Of a stretch of 64,000 bases of DNA, positions 59,566 through 64,000 are shown in pieces. This DNA is from Betaproteobacteria bacterium (lineage in GTDB: Bacteria > Pseudomonadota > Gammaproteobacteria > Burkholderiales > SG8-39): positions 1,432-65,431 of the forward strand of contig CANIEV010000002.1 of assembly GCA_947466535.1 (NCBI GenBank), in the 5' to 3' direction. Positions within the stretch are counted from its first letter, which is position 1. Each line of letters opens with the position of its first letter. Under the pieces are notes generated by a model that ran no database searches, was not told the DNA's origin, and worked only from the letters and a program-made list of their open reading frames with translations. A program made the position numbers and the translations under genes.

Positions 59566-60618
59566 GCGTCCAATGACCTCTCGTCACTCGCTTCAAACAT
59601 CAAGAACTGGGGAGCAGAACTGGGTTTCCAGGCGATCGGCGTCTCAGACGTCGACCTGTCGGCTGTCGAGCCCGGCTTCGTCGATTGGTTGCGACGAGGG
59701 CTGCACGGCGAGATGGATTATATGAAACGCCACGGGACCGCACGCTCGCGGCCCGGAGAACTTGTTCCCGGCACCATCCGGGTCATTGCCGCACGGATGA
59801 ATTATTTTCCAGCTTCTGCCGATGCGTCGGCGGTTTTGGCAGACGGGCAGACCGGATACGTCGCGCGCTATGCGCTGGGGCGCGACTATCACAAGGTGAT
59901 GCGCTCGAGGCTTGCGAACCTTGTTGGCCGAATCGGAAACGCAATCGGTGATTTCGGATACCGCGTGTTCAGCGATTCCGCGCCGGTGATGGAGGTGGAA
60001 CTCGCGCGCAAGGCCGGATTGGGATGGCGCGGCAAGCACACCTTGTTGCTTTCGAGGGATGCGGGCTCCTATTTTTTTCTGGGCGAGATCTACACCGATC
60101 TGCCGCTGCCGGTAGACACAGCGGCGTCGGAGCACTGCGGGTCGTGCAGCAAATGCATCGACGTTTGTCCGACGAAGGCGATTCTCGCGCCTTATCTGCT
60201 GGATGCACGCCGTTGCATTTCCTACCTGACGATAGAACTCAAGGGAGCCATACCGGTCGAATTGCGTGGATTGATCGGCAATCGTGTCTATGGATGCGAC
60301 GATTGCCAGATTTTCTGTCCGTGGAACAGCTTTGCGCAGGTGACGCAGGAGAAAGACTTCGAGGTTCGCAACGGACTGGACTGCGCGCGTCTGGTGGAGC
60401 TTTTCTCCTGGACTGAACAGGAGTTCGATGCCCGCCTTGCCGGGTCCGCGATCCGGCGTATCGGTCATGAACGCTGGCTGCGGAATATTGCCGTTGGGCT
60501 CGGCAACGCGCCTACAAGTGAGGATGTCCTCGATGCGCTCGGCGCACGTGCGGATCACCCCTCGCCGATGGTCCGCGAACATGTCGCCTGGGCCCTCGAT
60601 CAGCATGCGACGCGCTAA
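59560..60618 (+). CDS. queG: epoxyqueuosine reductase
   Basis: With the ATG at 59560, the N-terminus MHASNDLSSLASNIKNWGAELGF is collinear with E. coli QueG. 4Fe-4S motifs CGSCSKCIDVCP and CDDCQIFCPWN. Confidence 0.9.
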   Translation: MHASNDLSSLASNIKNWGAELGFQAIGVSDVDLSAVEPGFVDWLRRGLHGEMDYMKRHGTARSRPGELVPGTIRVIAARMNYFPASADASAVLADGQTGYVARYALGRDYHKVMRSRLANLVGRIGNAIGDFGYRVFSDSAPVMEVELARKAGLGWRGKHTLLLSRDAGSYFFLGEIYTDLPLPVDTAASEHCGSCSKCIDVCPTKAILAPYLLDARRCISYLTIELKGAIPVELRGLIGNRVYGCDDCQIFCPWNSFAQVTQEKDFEVRNGLDCARLVELFSWTEQEFDARLAGSAIRRIGHERWLRNIAVGLGNAPTSEDVLDALGARADHPSPMVREHVAWALDQHATR

Positions 60619-60642
60619 ACTCGACGCTTCAGGATATCGATA

Positions 60643-61173
60643 ATGCGCCTTCACCAGATCAAGCTTGAGTATCGCCCGGAACACGACCGGATTCTCATGC
60701 GCCTGTCGACCAACGACGGGCAGGAGATGTTCCTTTGGCTTACCCGACGGTGCGTCAAGCTGCTGTGGCCCGCACTTCTCAAGCTTGCGGAATCGAGTGC
60801 GCGGGTTGTGACGCAGGCATCTCCCGATGCGCGTGCAGCTTTGCTCGGGTTCGAACACGAAAAGGCGGTCGGTAACTCCGACTTCTCTACGCCTTATGAG
60901 GATCAGTTCGCCCGAGCTCGCCCTCTCGGATCGGAGCCCGTGCTGGTGTCAAAAATTCAAACTGCCCTCAACAAGGACGGTACCTATCTGCTTTCCCTGC
61001 AGCCCAGCGCAGGGCAGGGCCTCAACCTGAACCTCGATGACAAGCTTCTGCATTCCGTGTGCAAGCTGCTGCAGTCGTCGGTGAGTGGTGCGGAATGGGA
61101 TATCCGGCTTGAATTTCCGCAGGCGCTGTTGCCGGATGCAGTACCCGGGGCAGCATCCCGAACGCTCAATTGA
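60643..61173 (+). CDS. hypothetical protein (176 aa)
   Basis: Clean ORF with ordinary composition. No family recognised. Its 3' end overlaps the convergent ABC-F gene by 8 nt. Confidence 0.5.
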   Translation: MRLHQIKLEYRPEHDRILMRLSTNDGQEMFLWLTRRCVKLLWPALLKLAESSARVVTQASPDARAALLGFEHEKAVGNSDFSTPYEDQFARARPLGSEPVLVSKIQTALNKDGTYLLSLQPSAGQGLNLNLDDKLLHSVCKLLQSSVSGAEWDIRLEFPQALLPDAVPGAASRTLN

Positions 61174-63088
61174 TCCGGGCATCCGAGTCCAGTTTTTCCA
61201 GGGCTTCGGTCAGCTCAAGCCATTCGGATTCGCATCGCTCTACCTCGCGCGCGAGTCGGGTCTGCTCTTTGAGAGCCAGCGCGACTTCGCTGGCCGGGGC
61301 ACCGCTGTAGAACGCGTCGTCGGCCAATTTCGATGCGATGATTTTTTGGGCGTCGTGGAGCTTCTTCAGTTCGACTTCGAGGCGCTCGAGTTTTTTTCCA
61401 AGCGGCTTGCGCTCGTTGGCGCGCGACTGGCGTTCGGCCGCTTCGCGCTTGCGCTCGTCTTTCCTGCTGGCGCCGCTAGTGGAGTTCCTGCCTGACTTGT
61501 CCCTCGCCAGGGTATCGCGGTAATCGTCCAGGTCGCCCTCGAACGCCTCCACTTGTCCGTTTCGAACGAGGCACAGTTCGTCGGCGCAGGTGCGAAGCAA
61601 GTGTCGGTCGTGGGACACGAGGATCAGGGCACCCTCGTATTCCTGCAAGGCTTCCGCAAGGGCTTCACGCATATCGATATCGAGATGGTTCGTCGGCTCG
61701 TCGAGCAGGAGCAGGTTCGGTCGGTCCCAAACAAGAAGTGCGAGTGCAAGGCGGGCGCGCTCACCGCCCGAAAAATCACGCGCTGGTTCAAGTGCCATAT
61801 CGCCCACAAAGCCAAAACCGCCGAGGAAGTCCCGCAGAACCTGCTCCCTCGCATTGCGGTCACGCCGTTGAATTTGCAGCAGAGGGCTGGCTTCGGAATC
61901 GATCGCGTCCACCTGATGTTGCGCGAAATAGCCGATGCGCAGGTTTCTGCCGTCCACGCGCGTACCGGAAAGCTCGGGCAGCATGCCCGCGAGCATCTTC
62001 ACGAGCGTGGATTTGCCAGCCCCGTTGCGACCGAGAATCCCCAGGCGTGCGCCATTGCGAATTTCAAGCTTTATGCCGGTGAGTACCGGGGTGTTCCCGT
62101 ACCCGACCGAAATATTGTCCAGTGCGAGCACCGGATCGGGGCTGCCGGGGAATTCGCGAAACCGGAACCGGAAAGGCGAGTCGACGTGTGCAGGCGCGAT
62201 GAGTTCCATGCGCTCAAGCGCTTTCAGGCGGCTCTGTGCCTGACGTGCTTTGGTTGCCTTTGCGCGAAAGCGGTCAATGAATTGCTGCAATTCCGCCACG
62301 CGCCTTGTCTGCGCGTCATGAACCGATTGCTGCTGCTCGAGTGCACTGGAGAGCTGGATTTCGAATTGGGTGTACGTGCCCCGATACAGGCGCAGCTTGC
62401 CGTGATCGAAGTGCAGAATGTTGTTGGCGGTTGCGTCGAGGAACTCCCGGTCGTGAGACACGAGAAAAAGTGTTCCCTTGTATCCGACCAGCCATTCCTC
62501 CAGCCAGAAAACGGCGTCGAGATCCAGGTGATTCGTGGGCTCGTCCAGAAGCAGCACGTCCGATCGCCGCATCAGCGCTCGCGCAAGGTTGAGCCGCATG
62601 CGCATGCCGCCCGACAATTCCGCGACCGCGCGGTCATGGTCGCTGCTTTGCACTCCGAGCCCGGCGAGGAGTGTCGCAGCACGACTCCGCGCCTCCCAAC
62701 CGCCAAGTTCGGTGTAGCGTTCGTGAGCGTGTGCAATCCGTTCCCCTGCGGCCGTGCTGTCTGCATCGTCGCCGTGTGCTGCTTCTGCCTCCGTCATTTC
62801 ACGCTCGGCAAGGCGGAGTTCCAGGTCGCCGTCCAACACGTATTCGATGGCCGCTTGAGCGACACCCGGTGTTTCCTGTGCGACATGTTCGACAGCAAAC
62901 GCAGCGGGAATGTCCAGGTCGCCCCGGTCCGGATGAAGCTGGCCGAGCAGCATGGCGAAGAACGAGGATTTTCCGCTTCCGTTGGGACCGACGACGCCGA
63001 TGCGCTGTCCAGGGAAAAAGGCGAGGCTGGCACCTTCGAAGAGGCGTTTGGCACCGCGTGCCAGGGTGACATCGCGAAGTGAGATCAT
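61166..63088 (-). CDS. ABC-F family ATPase (two ABC domains, no TM domain; YheS/Uup-like)
   Basis: Two Walker A motifs (GPNGSGKS and GRNGAGKS), two LSGG signatures, and a charged coiled-coil C-terminus. The ATG at 63088 starts at MISLRDV. Confidence 0.9.
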   Translation of the reverse strand: MISLRDVTLARGAKRLFEGASLAFFPGQRIGVVGPNGSGKSSFFAMLLGQLHPDRGDLDIPAAFAVEHVAQETPGVAQAAIEYVLDGDLELRLAEREMTEAEAAHGDDADSTAAGERIAHAHERYTELGGWEARSRAATLLAGLGVQSSDHDRAVAELSGGMRMRLNLARALMRRSDVLLLDEPTNHLDLDAVFWLEEWLVGYKGTLFLVSHDREFLDATANNILHFDHGKLRLYRGTYTQFEIQLSSALEQQQSVHDAQTRRVAELQQFIDRFRAKATKARQAQSRLKALERMELIAPAHVDSPFRFRFREFPGSPDPVLALDNISVGYGNTPVLTGIKLEIRNGARLGILGRNGAGKSTLVKMLAGMLPELSGTRVDGRNLRIGYFAQHQVDAIDSEASPLLQIQRRDRNAREQVLRDFLGGFGFVGDMALEPARDFSGGERARLALALLVWDRPNLLLLDEPTNHLDIDMREALAEALQEYEGALILVSHDRHLLRTCADELCLVRNGQVEAFEGDLDDYRDTLARDKSGRNSTSGASRKDERKREAAERQSRANERKPLGKKLERLEVELKKLHDAQKIIASKLADDAFYSGAPASEVALALKEQTRLAREVERCESEWLELTEALEKLDSDARIN

Positions 63089-63190
63089 GAACGCTTGGTA
63101 GGAAGATTCTATGTGAGTCGCGAAGGGGCGCGATTGTCTCATGCCGACCTCGCAGACGGATCGGCGCTAGGCCTGATTGGTGGAAATAAC

Positions 63191-63199
63191 TGATATAAT
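63191..63199 (+). promoter_or_regulatory. extended -10 element (TGATATAAT) upstream of the DEAD-box helicase gene
   Basis: TG-N-TATAAT lies 93 nt upstream of the proposed start. The leader contains a long imperfect inverted repeat (63212..63225 / 63258..63270). Confidence 0.35.
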
Positions 63200-63291
63200 T
63201 CAGAAAATTAGTCCGCAAATCCTGCTGTCCGCGTTGTTTCAATGTCTTCCGGTCCGCGCAGGATTGCGGAGTCGCAGATCGGAGCGTGCCT

Positions 63292-64000
63292 TTGCCCAGT
63301 TTCGCTGAACTTGGATTACTTCCCGAACTTCTCAAGGCAGTTGAGGAGCAGGGATATTCAGAGCCGACGCCCATTCAGGCGCAAGCGATACCTCTTGTGA
63401 TGGAGGGGCGTGATGTTCTGGGCGGTGCCCAGACGGGTACCGGGAAGACAGCGGCGTTTGCGCTGCCCCTGCTTCACCGACTCGCCCGGCACGCGAACAC
63501 GAGCGCCTCGCCAGCTCGCCATCCGGTCCGGGTTTTGGTTCTGACGCCAACTCGCGAGCTCGCGGTTCAGGTTGAGGAAAGCTTCCGGACGTACGCCAAA
63601 TACCTTCCCGTTCGAGTGACGGTCGTGTACGGCGGGATGAACATGGACCCGCAGACTCAGGCATTGCGTCGAGGGGTCGAAGTTCTGGTTGCAACGCCAG
63701 GCCGTCTTCTCGATCACGTACAGCAGAAGACGCTGAACCTGGGTCAGGTGGATGCTTTCGTGCTTGATGAGGCGGATCGCATGCTTGACATGGGGTTCAT
63801 TCCCGACGTCAAACGTATCATGTCTCTGCTTCCCAAGCAGCGGCAAAATTTGCTCTTTTCAGCGACATTTTCGGCGGAAATCCGCACGCTCGCTGACGCG
63901 TTTTTGCATGATCCGGTACAGATTCAGGTGGCGCGTCGAAATGCTGCTGCTGAACTTATCCGACACTGCGTAATCCCGGTTGCACGGGAGCGCAAACGCG
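63292..64000 (+). CDS. DEAD-box ATP-dependent RNA helicase (RhlE-like), N-terminal part; 3' end outside window
   Basis: Q motif FAELGL and PTPIQ, then AQTGTGKTAAF, PTRELA, DEAD and SAT. The TTG at 63292 lies 7 nt after GGAG. A GTG at 63286 is also in frame. The gene is not in the ORF track because there is no stop inside the window. Confidence 0.85.
   Translation, partial: MPSFAELGLLPELLKAVEEQGYSEPTPIQAQAIPLVMEGRDVLGGAQTGTGKTAAFALPLLHRLARHANTSASPARHPVRVLVLTPTRELAVQVEESFRTYAKYLPVRVTVVYGGMNMDPQTQALRRGVEVLVATPGRLLDHVQQKTLNLGQVDAFVLDEADRMLDMGFIPDVKRIMSLLPKQRQNLLFSATFSAEIRTLADAFLHDPVQIQVARRNAAAELIRHCVIPVARERKR

Overview
This is a GC-rich, densely coding chromosomal segment. Its gene content and local gene order suggest a betaproteobacterium: many Bug/TctC solute-binding proteins, a phasin, exbB-exbD-lpxK-trm112-kdsB-adk, mug-miaA-mutL, amidase-tsaE next to queG, and clpS-clpA next to a csp gene. 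I call 67 protein-coding genes, two of them truncated by the window edges. I also call one clearly decayed pseudogene, a kefB/kefC-type K+ efflux antiporter. I found no rRNA, tRNA, CRISPR array, IS element, integrase or prophage genes. The first 12 kb looks accessory: five Bug-family binding proteins surround a cupin, an aromatic-type FAD monooxygenase and a class II aldolase. The rest is mostly housekeeping. The most unusual signals are non-coding or fall below the ORF-track cutoff. (1) Two paralogous 39-codon ORFs (43720..43839 and 44053..44172) encode a Sec-type signal peptide plus a 17-residue Lys/Glu/Asp peptide. Each has its own RBS and intrinsic terminator, and they sit in a small cluster of secreted lysine-rich low-complexity proteins next to a DUF192 gene. 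(2) A four-unit, roughly 38-bp tandem array of GGGCCC hairpins (13591..13733) lies between the phasin gene and a DnaQ-exonuclease/GIY-YIG fusion gene. On the minus strand each hairpin is followed by TTGTCT(T/A)TT. (3) A perfect inverted pair of consensus DnaA boxes (47051..47075) lies in the AT-rich xseA/exbB intergenic region. (4) A 24-bp tandem palindromic repeat lies upstream of the first small ORF. Function cannot be assigned to any of these from sequence alone. All family calls rest on my recognition of motifs in the translations, not on database searches.
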